A DNA stretch of 64,000 nt from Octopus bimaculoides (lineage: Eukaryota): the NCBI RefSeq assembly GCF_001194135.2, contig NC_068994.1:21499045-21563044 (forward strand), given 5' to 3'. Under the pieces are notes generated by a model. That model ran no database searches. It saw only the letters and a list, made by a program, of their open reading frames with translations, and was not told where the DNA came from. Below, piece after piece: positions 25,801 to 40,000 of this stretch (position 1 is its first letter; each line of letters starts with the position of its first letter). Both the position numbers and the translations under genes were made by a program.

Positions 25801-27919
25801 ACACAAAAGTAGTACAAGCAGTCAAGGAACCTTCCGACGCTAATTTTCTACAGAAAGACCTAGATGTCATATATAAATAGGCTGAGGACAACAACATGCA
25901 ATTTAATGCATGCAAATTCCAAGCCCTCTGCTACCAGCTAATTGGTGCTCAGAAGTCACAACAATGATACTTTGGACCAAAAGGAGTGGAAATCCTAGAA
26001 TCACATACTGTGCATGATCTTCAGATTGATATGAACAACAATGCCTCGTTTCACATGCATGTCACCAAGATGGTGGCAGTGTGCAGGCGAATGGCCAGAT
26101 GGATTCTGAGAACCTTCAGAACAATAGACTATGCTGGTCCTATGGAGGACATTTGTCCTAAGTTGTCTGGACTACTGCTCTCAACTATGGTCATCCTACA
26201 CTGTAGGGTTATTAGCAGAACTTGAGGCAGTTCAGAGATATTACATGAGGAAGATTGCATCAATGGAACAGCTGAGCTACTGGGAGAAATTAAAAGACTC
26301 TACTGCCTCGAGCGAAGATGGGAGAGGTACGCAGTGATATATGTATAGAAGGTACTGGGGGGGCTTTGGAATTGAGTGTTATACCAGATGTCGAAATGGA
26401 CATCACTGCACTGTTGCAAAAGTCCCAGCTGTCTTATCTAGGGTAAGGTACATGTACTGCAATAGTTTGGGATTCAAGGGTCCACAGCTTTTTAACGCTT
26501 GCCAAAACATCTCGGAACTCAATGGAGTGGGAGTAGATGTTTTCAAGAAAAAACTTGATCTCTTACTATCCAAGATCCCAGATGAACCAATATCAAGGCA
26601 GGAAACTCAAAAGAGAGCAGTGATATTGGACTCCCTCCTTCACCAGACACTAAACCCATAGAATTGGCCAATTAAAAGGTGATTACAATGGTGCTGCCCC
26701 AGCATGGTCGCAGCCTCAAGGCTGAAACATATGAAAGAATAAATATACATAATTATATATATATGTACAAATATATATATTTATATATACATACAGACAG
26801 AAATATATATATATATATATATGGGAGAATTTGCGAAAAAAACAACAGACGAAGACAGGTGGTGTAAACAACAAATGGATGTATTAGTTTAATGCTCGAG
26901 AATAGAGAAAGTCTTTGACGTTTCGAGCCTATGCTCTTCAACTGAAAGGAACAAGGAGAGAAAAAATATAAATGTGGTCAGCAATCTATCATGACGAATG
27001 CCAGATAGAAGGGTAACACAGGAGAGCTAAGAAAAAGGGGTGATAACAAAGAAGTGGTGAACCCAAGACGAGAAGCTGTGTGTGTGTGAGAGAATGCTGG
27101 TGATCTTAACGTATGCATGTGTGTATGTAGGTGTGAAGGTGTGAAAATGTGGGGAAGGGAATTGGTCAGTGCTAGTGTGTGCGTGGTGGTGTGTTGTGAA
27201 GTGATGTGGTGTGTGATATGGTGTAGCATGGTGTGATGTGAGGGTGTTGGGAGGTGGGGNNNNNNNNNNNNNNNNNNNNNNNNNNNNNNNNNNNNNNNNN
27301 NNNNNNNNNNNNNNNNNNNNNNNNNNNNNNNNNNNNNNNNNNNNNNNNNNNNNNNNNNNNNNNNNNNNNNNNNNNNNNNNNNNNNNNNNNNNNNNNNNNN
27401 NNNNNNNNNNNNNNNNNNNNNNNNNNNNNNNNNNNNNNNNNNNNNNNNNNNNNNNNNNNNNNNNNNNNNNNNNNNNNNNNNNNNNNNNNNNNNNNNNNNN
27501 NNNNNNNNNNNNNNNNNNNNNNNNNNNNNNNNNNNNNNNNNNNNNNNNNNNNNNNNNNNNNNNNNNNNNNNNNNNNNNNNNNNNNNNNNNNNNNNNNNNN
27601 NNNNNNNNNNNNNNNNNNNNNNNNNNNNNNNNNNNNNNNNNNNNNNNNNNNNNNNNNNNNNNNNNNNNNNNNNNNNNNNNNNNNNNNNNNNNNNNNNNNN
27701 NNNNNNNNNNNNNNNNNNNNNNNNNNNNNNNNNNNNNNNNNNNNNNNNNNNNNNNNNNNNNNNNNNNNNNNNNNNNNNNNNNNNNNNNNNNNNNNNNNNN
27801 NNNNNNNNNNNNNNNNNNNNNNNNNNNNNNNNNNNNNNNNNNNNNNNNNNNNNNNNNNNNNNNNNNNNNNNNNNNNNNNNNNNNNNNNNNNNNNNNNNNN
27901 NNNNNNNNNNNNNNNNNNN

Positions 27920-27975
<56 letters not shown>

Positions 27976-29881
27976 TATATACATATATATACATATATAT
28001 ACCTTTTTAAGCACAGATCAACTACAATGTCTATAAGTAAAACCCCATTGAACTAGTTAAGATTGTCATGAGTTAGACTGCAGCCATGATGGAAACACGA
28101 CACCTTGAAGAACATTTTAGTTGAATCAATCGACACCAGCATTTACTTTTTTTAAGCCTGGAACTTAGCCTATTAGTCACCACAAACACAGAGGACAGGC
28201 TTCTTTCTGTTTCCATTAGAAAATTATAATAACACAGAAAACAGAGAATGAGGTTAACCCTTTTGTTACCATATTTATTTTGAGATGCTGTGTTTTCAAT
28301 TAATTTTACATAACAAAGAATTTAGTAAAATAACTTACTTATCATTCAGCTAGTGTTATGAACATAAATTGTGACTGAGGTTTGGAAGATTTCAATTCAG
28401 AGCTTACAAAAACAAAACATTTGTACTAGAGCCAGAGGCGGTTTCAGCCAGGTTGGTATCGAAAGGGTTAACGAACATTAATTAGACACCATGCAACTCA
28501 GCCATACCAGAGAAATCTCTAACACAGCCATTCCTGAAGAAGACAGGACTTGTTTACAGACTTCCATGTTAATTATAAAAAGAAATACATCCAGTAATAA
28601 GGACACCAACATAAGAGTGAAATCAAGAAAAGACAAATTATGGGTTTATGAAGTCCATTTATTTTGGCAATGTTTGAGAAACCAAGAATGTCCAACAAGG
28701 AACTATAACCAAACTGGTGAAGATTTGTTTTCCATTCTTACATCTTCAGCTTAGTACGTCNNNNNNNNNNNNNNNNNNNNNNNNNNNNNNNNNNNNNNNN
28801 NNNNNNNNNNNNNNNNNNNNNNNNNNNNNNNNNNNNNNNNNNNNNNNNNNNNNNNNNNNNNNNNNNNNNNNNNNNNNNNNNNNNNNNNNNNNNNNNNNNN
28901 NNNNNNNNNNNNNNNNNNNNNNNNNNNNNNNNNNNNNNNNNNNNNNNNNNNNNNNNNNNNNNNNNNNNNNNNNNNNNNNNNNNNNNNNNNNNNNNNNNNN
29001 NNNNNNNNNNNNNNNNNNNNNNNNNNNNNNNNNNNNNNNNNNNNNNNNNNNNNNNNNNNNNNNNNNNNNNNNNNNNNNNNNNNNNNNNNNNNNNNNNNNN
29101 NNNNNNNNNNNNNNNNNNNNNNNNNNNNNNNNNNNNNNNNNNNNNNNNNNNNNNNNNNNNNNNNNNNNNNNNNNNNNNNNNNNNNNNNNNNNNNNNNNNN
29201 NNNNNNNNNNNNNNNNNNNNNNNNNNNNNNNNNNNNNNNNNNNNNNNNNNNNNNNNNNNNNNNNNNNNNNNNNNNNNNNNNNNNNNNNNNNNNNNNNNNN
29301 NNNNNNNNNNNNNNNNNNNNNNNNNNNNNNNNNNNNNNNNNNNNNNNNNNNNNNNNNNNNNNNNNNNNNNNNNNNNNNNNNNNNNNNNNNNNNNNNNNNN
29401 NNNNNNNNNNNNNNNNNNNNNNNNNNNNNNNNNNNNNNNNNNNNNNNNNNNNNNNNNNNNNNNNNNNNNNNNNNNNNNNNNNNNNNNNNNNNNNNNNNNN
29501 NNNNNNNNNNNNNNNNNNNNNNNNNNNNNNNNNNNNNNNNNNTGCCTTCTAGCACTTGTGCTGGTGGCACGTTAGAAAATCATTCGAGCGAGGTCGTTGC
29601 CAGTGCCGCTGGACTGGCTCCCGTGCAGGTGGCACGTAAAAAACACCTTTTTGAGCGTGGCTGTTGCCAGACCATGTGACTGGCCCTCGTGCCAGTAGCA
29701 CGTAAAAGTACCCACTACACTCTCGGAGTGGTTGGCGTTAGGAAGGGCATCCAGCTGTATGTAGAAACTCTGCCAGATCAGATTGGAGCCTGGTGCAGCT
29801 TTCTGGCTTGCCAGTCCTCAGTCAAATCGTCCAACCCATGATACCATGGAAAGCAGACGTTAAACGATGATGATGATGATG

Positions 29882-29917
<36 letters not shown>

Positions 29918-30603
29918 ATACATTGGCGTACATACACTTTGGTCTCTTATATGTAAGTATATATCTAAATTTTGTATGACTCTATTATGCTTTTCATTCT
30001 TTCCTTCTTTATATCAGCCCTTTCATACTTCTTTCATTCCACTCTTTGTTCTTTCGTTCCCCCTCTCTTGCATTTCCTAGCCTTCTCTTCATGCTCACTT
30101 CCCCTCCTCTTTCACTTCACTGTGTCTCTTTCATTTTATTCTTGCCCCTCCTTAATTCTTGTATCCCCCTGCCTCTCCCTGTTCTCTCCCCACATGGCCG
30201 GTGTTCGGCCAGGCCTGACCTCTCTTTCTTGGTTCGACTACCATCCATGCAACATCTATATTCCTCCCTGTGCCTATTTATATTTTCCTGCTCTTCTTAA
30301 CATGAAACCAATGGTAGCCTTAGTTCACAAATAAAGAATATANNNNNNNNNNNNNNNNNNNNNNNNNNNNNNNNNNNNNNNNNNNNNNNNNNNNNNNNNN
30401 NNNNNNNNNNNNNNNNNNNNNNNNNNNNNNNNNNNNNNNNNNNNNNNNNNNNNNNNNNNNNNNNNNNNNNNNNNNNNNNNNNNNNNNNNNNNNNNNNNNN
30501 NNNNNNNNTATGAGCCTGGTGTTGCCATCCGGTTTCACCAGTCCTCAGTCAAATCGTCCAACCCCTGCTAGCATGGAAAGCGGACGTTAAACGATGATGA
30601 TGA

Positions 30604-30646
<43 letters not shown>

Positions 30647-30966
30647 TATTCCTTTGATCAAGGACACTTTTCTTGCTTTACATTCAGTGGAACCTAGAGT
30701 CTTACAGGAATAGATGGGACAATGAAAGAAATGTTTCATGGCCAGATTGCCATATTGCACTCCATATACATGTGACAGTATTGCTTCCAGTGAAGTAGTA
30801 TACTTGAAATTGTGGATGCACTCAGTCAGCTGACTTCCTATTTTTCATGGATCAGATCTGAAAACGGAACTACAAAACAGCAATAACATTACTCATACAC
30901 ACACGCAATCATTCACTTCTGTATCTTTCACACGCTAAGTTATGACCCTTACTCCCCACTAAGTGA

Positions 30967-31006
<40 letters not shown>

Positions 31007-34000
31007 CACACACACACACACATAGTAGCAGCTGTAGCACTATCCTCCACTTCTAGTTTCTTCCTATACACATCATCCGCAACACTGTCCTCCACCCCCC
31101 CTTCTCTTTTCATATACATCAGCAGCAGTAGCAGCCCTATCCTCCACTTTCCCCTCTTCCCTTCATATATAATCATCATGAGCAGCAACATCATTATCCT
31201 CCATTCCCCCTCTTCCCTTTGTATACATCAGCAGAAGAGCCATCCTGTGCTAGCTGCATAAATTAACCAACATGTCAAAATATTAATACAGTCTCCTTCT
31301 CCTCCCACTGTCATCACAGTGTTGCTAACAAGAATATCGATCAAACTTCCATCAGCTGCTGGTAGCTATGATATGGGCAGATGGGTGACACACACACACA
31401 CACATACACATGCACCAGCACATGCCAATAGTCAGCCGACCTGCTTGAATGAGTCAGTGGAAGTGTGTGTATGTGCGTGTTTACATGTGCACGCGTATAG
31501 TAAATATACACAAATGCAAAACCTTTCTCTCTCTCACACGAACACACACTCTGAATAATAATCTGCTGATGATGATGATAATGATGTTACATTGGTTAAA
31601 ATCAGTTGTGCAATAGAAGTTTATGAAAATACAATTTATGAAGTGAATTTTAAGGTTGCAGCTCCTTTTGCCAATGAATATTGTAAATATGGCTGGGAAT
31701 GTAAGAAGAAACGAAGACAGAGACTGCTGATAAGGTCACAAAACAGCAACGAAGAGATAAAAGAGACAGATTAAATTAAATGATTAAACCAAAGAAATAT
31801 AGAGTACATAATTATTTATGTAAATATGCACGCACACACAGACACACATATGTACGGATATATAGCCATGCTACGTACACTTAAATACAAAATATAGGTG
31901 AGGAAAGAACTGGAGAGGGTAAACAATAAAAAGATAGAAAAGTCATAGGATTCAACTGGTGAAAGACAAAAAAAAAAAACCATCCATTCTTGCAAAGGGA
32001 AAGGAGCTAGCAGGATTGGATATGAAGCCCAAGTGATATATAGCTAAGTCTATAGAAACACGTTAGATTGCTATGAAGAAATAATGGAGGAGGTGATATG
32101 GAGGGGTTGTTAAAAAGTAGGGACAGATAATAAAGAACATAAGCATTCATTGATACTGATAGATAGAGGCTTTTCAAGGATAAAGCTGATGTGTTTCTAT
32201 TTATGTCTGTAGGTGTGAAAGGATCTGCCGGTACACTAAAATAGTCTGTTGGATTGAAATGAGATACCATGAATTTTCTGACTCTTTTCACACTTTTCTG
32301 GACATTGGCATGATGTGTTTGTGGAAGCAGTCCTCTATTTCCATTTCATTTTGCTTATGTAGATCTCATTTCAGAGCTTATGTGCAATGAAAATGGTGCA
32401 GTTGCAATTGTTAGTAATATGGAACTGAATTTTAAAGTCAGCCTTGACCTATCAGACAACTATGAGGATGATTGAAACCATACTCTAAAGATGTTCTGTA
32501 TCCCTCACACTACCACTGCTGCTTCACAGCCACAGTTCCAATAAAGAACATTGCTTACAGTGATTGGAGAAAATTATCTACCATTATAAGCTGGCCAACT
32601 TTTACCCAACTCTGCAACATCATCATCATCATCATTGTTTAGCGTCTGTTTTCCATGCTGGCATGGGTCAAATGGTTTGACTGAGAACTGGCAGGCTAAG
32701 AGGCTTCACCAGGATCTAATCTGATTTGGATGCCTTTCCTAACACCAAGCGCTCCAAGAGTGTAGTGGGTGCTTTTTACATGTCACCAGCACAGGAGCCA
32801 GTCACGCAGCATCAGCCATGCTTGAATGATGCTTTTTATGTGCCATCGGCATGGGTGCCAGTCAGGTGGCACTGGCATCAGTCATGCTCAAATGGTGCAC
32901 TTTTTATGTGCTAGTCAGGTGGCACTGGCCATTAGCCACGACTATGATTTCACTCTGTTCAAAGGGTCTTCACAAGCATGGCATGTTGCCCAACAATAGA
33001 AGGGTGCATCTAAATGGGCCAGTGATGCAACACTAGTATTGGCCACGACTAAAATCTCACTTGTCTCGCCGGACCTTCTCAAGCACGGCATATCTCCAAA
33101 GGTCTCAGTCACTTGTCATTACCTCTTTGAGGCCTAATGTTCGATGGTTTTGCTTTAACACCTCATCACATGTCTTCATGGGTCTACCTCTTCCACAGGT
33201 TCCCTCCACTGTTAGGGTGTGACACTTCTTCACACAGCTGTTCTCATCCTTGCACAACACATGACCATACCAGCACAGTCGTCTCTCTTGCACATGACAT
33301 CTGATGCTTCTTATGTCTTACTTTGCTCTCAAGGCACTTACACTCTGTCATGTATGCACACTAACATTACGCATCCAGCAGAGCATACCAGTTTCATTTC
33401 TTTCAAGCCTACACATGTCTTCAGCAGTCACAGCCCATGTTTCACTGCCATGTAGCATGGCTGTTTGCACACAGGCATCATACAGTCTACCTTTCACTCT
33501 GAGCGAGAGCCCCTTTGTTACCAGCAGAGGTTGGAGCTCTCTGAACTTTGACCAGCCTATTCTTATTCTAGCAGCTGTGCTCTCGAAGCATGCACCCCTG
33601 CTACTGACTTGGTCACCTAGGTAACGGAAGCTATCAACTACTTCTGGTTTTATCCCCCTGGCATGTAATGGAATCTGTTTTCTGTACATTTTCGGTGCTT
33701 ATTGCACTTGTGCATCTTCCGCACACAAAAACTATCTTCCCAGTTAACCTTCTTTTGATATTGCTGCATCTCTTATGTGTCCATAGCTTACACTGGGTAC
33801 ATTTTATTGACTTTCTATTTACGCCTTTTCTACAGATCAAGTAGAGCCATCAGCCTGAAGGGATTTGTGATTCGTCTGCCTTCCTACTTACTAAGATTGG
33901 TTTTTCCTAGTTTAACTTTAAGGGCCTTCAATCCTAAACCTTGCTTCCACACCTGAAACTTCTTCTCTAGTTGTGGTAGTGACTCAGCTGTCAGAGCAAA

Positions 34001-37000
34001 GTCATCAGCATAGAGGAGCTCCCAGGGACAGCTTGTCTTGAATTTCTCTGTTATTGCCTGGAGGAATATGGTGAACAAGAGGGGGCTGAGGACTGTGATT
34101 CTTGGTGAACCCCTGCTTCTACCTAGAATTTTTTGCTATACTCATAGCCAACCTTCACCTTACTGACAGCATCCCTGTACATAGCTTGTACAGCTCTCAC
34201 CAAACACACATCTATCCCTAGTTTCTGCATTGACCACCAGATAAGGGGTCAGGGGACCCTGTCAAAGGATTTCTCCGTGTCAGCAAAACCAAGTACAGAG
34301 GTTTTTCTTTGGCTAGGAATTTCTCTTGCAACTATCTTACCAGAAATATAGCATCAGTGGTGCTTCTACCTGGCACAAACCCAAATTGCATCTCATCTAA
34401 TCTAACTCCCTCCCAAATTAGTTGGGTTATGACCCTCTCTCTGACTTTCATCACCTGATCCAACAGTTATTAGAAATGCTAAGGATACCCTTCAGTGTCA
34501 CAGTCAGCAAGCAGTTCTACCTCCTGCTCAGAAGATTCTTTTTGGTCCCTTACTAAAATAATTTTTTTATCAACTTCATATAATCCTCTTTTGCACTCAA
34601 CTCCATTGCAAACTATCCTGCTCCATTCCATCAGGCTTACTCTACACTCATATATGCCAAGTGCTCTAGCATTTCTGGTTACTAGGCACCAGCCCTGACA
34701 AAGTTCCTTTTGTTACTCATAAACAGTGTACCCTAGCACTAACCTTTACTCTTCACCAAACTCTTCAAACTCTCTCTTTCAGAGATTTGTCCCATCTTTA
34801 GAAACATGCTTGTGTGTCCCATTCACAAGAAGGGATCTGATATCATCAATTATTGACCTATTGCTCTCACTTTCAACATCTTGAAGGTCATGGAGATCAT
34901 CAATAACAACCATTGAATCCCTCTTCCAACTTAATGATCAACAGTATGGCTTTCATAAAGCCATATTTACTGAAAGCCTAAATCTCGGTTGCCCTCACCC
35001 TTGAAAATGTTGCTAACATTATTGTTGTTGCAAAGCATTTGACTGTACATGGTATATGAATTTCCTCTGTTCCTATGTGCTTCTTCCATTTCTTGTCTCT
35101 TGGATTGGAGGCTTCCTGTCAGATTGCATCATCATGACTAATGGAACTCTCTCTGATACACTGTTTCTCTCAAATATCAATTACTTACCAGTTATTACTT
35201 CCAACACTCATTCCTATGCATATGTTATCACCCTTCATTCCTTGATAACCTTTCATACCAAAGTGTCATCCATTTATAACCTAGACACCTCATGCTAAAC
35301 TTGCACTACATGAACAGAAACCTCAGAAACATTTTCCAGCAACATCATGCCCATTTTCAGTTCTTCAACATTAAAAAAGCATACTCACAAGACATATAAA
35401 GAAAGCGGTCTTGTAAGCTATCTGAATATGATCAGTACTCAACTAGATTCCTCAAGGTCACTACAACTCCTACATCTCACCATCATTGTAGATTTGTCTT
35501 GGCCACAGCACATCCTTAACATAGAGAATGATAAAGATATATCTTCTTCTTCAGGGACAGAAAATACTGCAATCCCCAGCCACTACTTATCTTTTACAAA
35601 GGAAGTTAAAGTGAAGCTTGCAATGGAAAGAGTGGAAATGTGTTATATACAACATAACACACTAATTGCAGAAATATTAGATTACCGTAGCTTGTGTACA
35701 CAGAAATAGGGTGCATCCTTTTCAATGATATACTTTAATTTCGAGCATGTTATTGGTCTTAATTCTTAAGTCTTTACTTATGCCCCCTCACAACCAAGCA
35801 TAACATTTAATATGAGTATTGCAAACGTGGAACATTCTTGATCACATCCGAGTAAAGGCTATTTATCTAACAACTTTTGCTCACCAATGCTGCAGTTGTT
35901 TGTTCACTTTTGAATTATATCTTCCTTTCTTTTCTATCCTCATCAACTTATTCATATTTCCTCCAAGGATAGTATTTGCTAGAACTCCTATACTACCTTC
36001 ATTTCTGCTGCACAATTACTACCCTGTAACAATTCAAATATCAACCTATGTCAATCTGTTGTAAATGCAAGCCATTTGATAATAGAAAGGGAAAAGTCAA
36101 GAAGGATGTACAGATTAGTTAGAGTAAAATGCAATAATTACTATTGAGCATTTACTCTTGCATTAAATTATGAGAGATTTTCAAAATGATAATGCTCGTA
36201 TTTTCAAGTCTTACATTAGAAAAGATAGTTGTGTACAAATAATAAATTTACAGACTGTGCATAGAGAAGTCAGCAAAAATTGTGTCTAACTGACATTGAA
36301 TCAATGATATAAGTTGACTAACTTACACTGACATACAAACATGAACAAATGGGATTTATTAATGCTGCTGTTAATTTTGCATGTATATGCTTTTTGTGTT
36401 TGTATGGCATAGAAGAGATTTTTAAAAGAATAAATGCAAGGCAGAGCTAAGTCATCCTTAATGAAACTCAGGAAATGAAAAATAGACTAACCCTTTAGCA
36501 TTCAGATTTTTCTCTCAAATGTAAAGCTTATTTATATTGTTTTAAATTAATCATGCATTTTCTTGTAGCTTTGAGAGTTCAATAATGTGATTGTTGCTTT
36601 TTGAAATGACAGATCTGGCTGGTTTGAATATAGAACAGATAAAATATTTGGGCTGGATATGGCCAGTTTAAATGCTAAAGGGTTAAACCTTCATATATTT
36701 ATTCATTTTACTGTATCGTGAGTTGACAAGAGATTTGAACCACAGAATTGTCATTTTTAAATTTTATCAATTCCCTTTTTAGCTACAATTCTAATCTTTG
36801 TTTTTCTTTCACTACAGGTCGTCTTGTATATATAATGGACATGACAGACAAAGTCATCTATAAGATGTGTCCATTCTTGGCTGGAGGTATATTTATAGGC
36901 TCAGTCTATTGGATGGCTGTTACATATGGGGCTGTTACTGTGATGCAGGTATGTTTATAGCTTGGTTCAATTATTTCAATTTCACATTGTCTTATGCAAT

Positions 37001-40000
37001 GTACTCTTGGTCTTCAGCTTTACTTTTAAAAAGAAATATTTTGTATATACCTGTCTGAGTGTGTGTGTATATACATGCACACACATGCTCACACACGTTC
37101 ACACATTCATGGATTCCAAAGACAGAAAATTTGAAGACTATCAATCAGTTTAGAATAATCTTGCTGCCCAGTGTTGAAGTGAAATATTCTTTAGTATTGT
37201 TGCTTGGTGCCTGACAGCTACATTCTGAAGAACATAAACATTTAATGCTCTGGTTCAGAAAGTTATTAGGCTATGTGGATCACTAGTTGGAGAGGCTTTG
37301 AACAGGCACCATGTTATTTCAAAACGGTTCAGAAACCTCATTCTGGGCTACTAAACAGCTTCACTCTGAGGGTTTCTGCTGCTTCTAAATTAGAATGTCA
37401 CAAGCCTGAGAAGGGTATCACCACTGGAGGTGTCACTTGCATCTTCCTTTTGTGCTTACTATCAATAAGCTGGGGAAGTTGAGTGTAGTTCAGTACAGGA
37501 GACCATCCACCATGTCTAGTGTCCAGCTTCCATTAGGGCTTTTATATCAATGACCTAACTAACAATATGTCATGGGGAAAGAGGTAGGGCAAGAGGATCC
37601 TGAAGGGCTTTGAGGAACTGATAAAGTGGGCTCACTTGAATTATAAACCATTTAAATCCAGATCTCTTGAGCTGAAGAAAGGCAGAGTCAGCAAATTCAG
37701 CTTCTTATTTGCTAGCATACAGAAACCATCCATCACTGAGAAACCAGTGAAGAGGTTGGGATAAGTGTTTGATTGCAATCTGAAAGGCTGGTTAGCCACA
37801 GTTGATATGTTAGGCCTGGTAAGTAAGAGCTGAGATCAAGACAGGACAGAACTGGAGAGCAGCTAAGGCTGTTGAGGCTGAGAGTTGTGGTTAAGGTATA
37901 GGGTGTTGGTTGCTGTGGTGCCTTGTGGAATGAGTGGCTGCAGTGCCTTGTGGAATGGTTGGCTTTAAGTAGCAGCATAACGCTTTGCTATAACAAAGCT
38001 CATTGAAAGAACAAGAAGGTGCTAGCATTATCTGAAGAGAAATGAGTTAGTGTTAAGATGCAGAAAGAAGGATCCTGGTTATGATGAGCAGTAGCACATG
38101 GAGTTTCATGATCTGGATTTTTAAGAGTGGAATTTCATCAAACACTGATACCTCACAGTATGAATTTCATTCATTCCATGACCAAGCTCGTTTTACAATT
38201 TACTCGTTCTACAAATCAATTTTCATCATTGAAATTAACTAAAATATAATCAATCTGTTTCAGTCCCACCAAACCACTCGAAATTAATTTTTTTATGGGT
38301 TTTAAAACGGAAAAGGTATAGTTACAAGTAAATTGTCAATTATAAAAAAGAGAATGCAAAAGAAATATGTAAACTGGATTTATTAACTGAATTACCTTAA
38401 AGATGGGATGATTTGTGTGCGAGGAAGACAATAGAGCAGAGAGGAGAAGGATTACTGTTGGGAAGGAGAATCTCCTTCCATTAAGACTTCAGGAAGAACA
38501 ATTTCTGACGTTTTCTCTCTCACTTCGCTTAATTTAGGCTTTTTGGACACACTTTCTTCTCTTTTTACACTTTCAGATTGTTTCATTAGAAATATATCAA
38601 GAGAAGTTTGCTTTTTCCTGCCTTTCAAAATGTTGCGTAAATGCATCAGAGCAGTGTCATTAAATTAAGCAGTTGCATGACCTGTAGATACCTTTTCAGG
38701 ATGATGATTATCTACAAATTCAGAAACATACTGCCACTTTGCCAACACTACCTTTATGTCAATTGTAGAGATAGCATTCTCTGCTACACTGTCCGCTTCT
38801 AGGGAACCAATCTCTTCCACCGCATCCAAATGCTGCTGCTCCTGAAGCTGCAGGAGTTCATCAGCTCCTCTGAGTGTTTCTCAACAAGATTGTTAATGTC
38901 TCCATCATCAACTTTAAGGCCCATGGACTTGCCAAGAAACACTATCTCCTCGACTACAGGTGTCTCAGACTCAAACCCCTCGAAGTCTCTTTAGGATATG
39001 CTGTCAGGCCACAGTTTTCTCCATGCAAAATTCAGCGTTCTCATTCCACCCTGACGGGCCATATTGATGATTTTCAGGTAGTTTACAATGTTGCAGTGCT
39101 CCTTCCAAAACTCATGAAGGGTTAGATTTGTATTTTCGGTGACTTCAAATCACTGACGAAACAGGTGTTTGTTGTACAATTTCTTAAAATCGGAAATAAC
39201 CTGTTGGTGCATGGGCTACAAGATGGGGGTGGTGTTATGTGAAAGGTACAGAACTTTTATAAATTTGAATTCATCCAGGATATCATCTTCAAGGATTGTT
39301 GAGGATGAAGAGGGTCTTGAGAGGAAGATCTTTTTCACTGCTGGTCTGAAGACAAGGTTGATCCACTTGGAGAAGAATTGCCTGGTGACCCAGGCTTTAA
39401 TATTTGCCCTCCATATGACCTGTAGCTTCTCCATCAGGATTTTGAGTGACTTGAATGCTTGTAGGTTTTCGGAATGGTAGAAAAAGAGTGGCTTAATCTT
39501 CAAGTTTCCACTTGCATTGATACAAAGGGTGAGAGCCTATCTTACATAGTCTTATAGCCTGGCATTTTCTTTTCCTCTGCAATTATGTAGGTTCTTCTGG
39601 GCATTTTTTTTCAAAAAAGGCCAATTTCATCACAGTTGAATACCTGTTGTACGATGTACCCCTTAGCTGTGATGAGCTGATGGAATTCATGCATGAAATC
39701 TTCAGCTGCCTTTTGTGTCAGAACCTCGCTGCTTCTCCATACCTGATGACGCTATAAACACCAGCCGCGACTAGCCTTAAATGCGTCTGCTGATGTCACC
39801 ACCATCAATGTTCCAGGGTTGTGCTTCAGGAGATCCCCATGCAGCGCTTGTGTCTTCTTGCAGATGATGGTCTCCGTAATCGTATCCCCTGCATGTTACT
39901 TCAGGAGAAGCAATTTTTCCATCCTTTCATGGATAGATGTGCATTGCTCAGAGAGCCTGGAGACACCCACTGCTGTTGTAATGGTCTTGATCTCGTCTTT

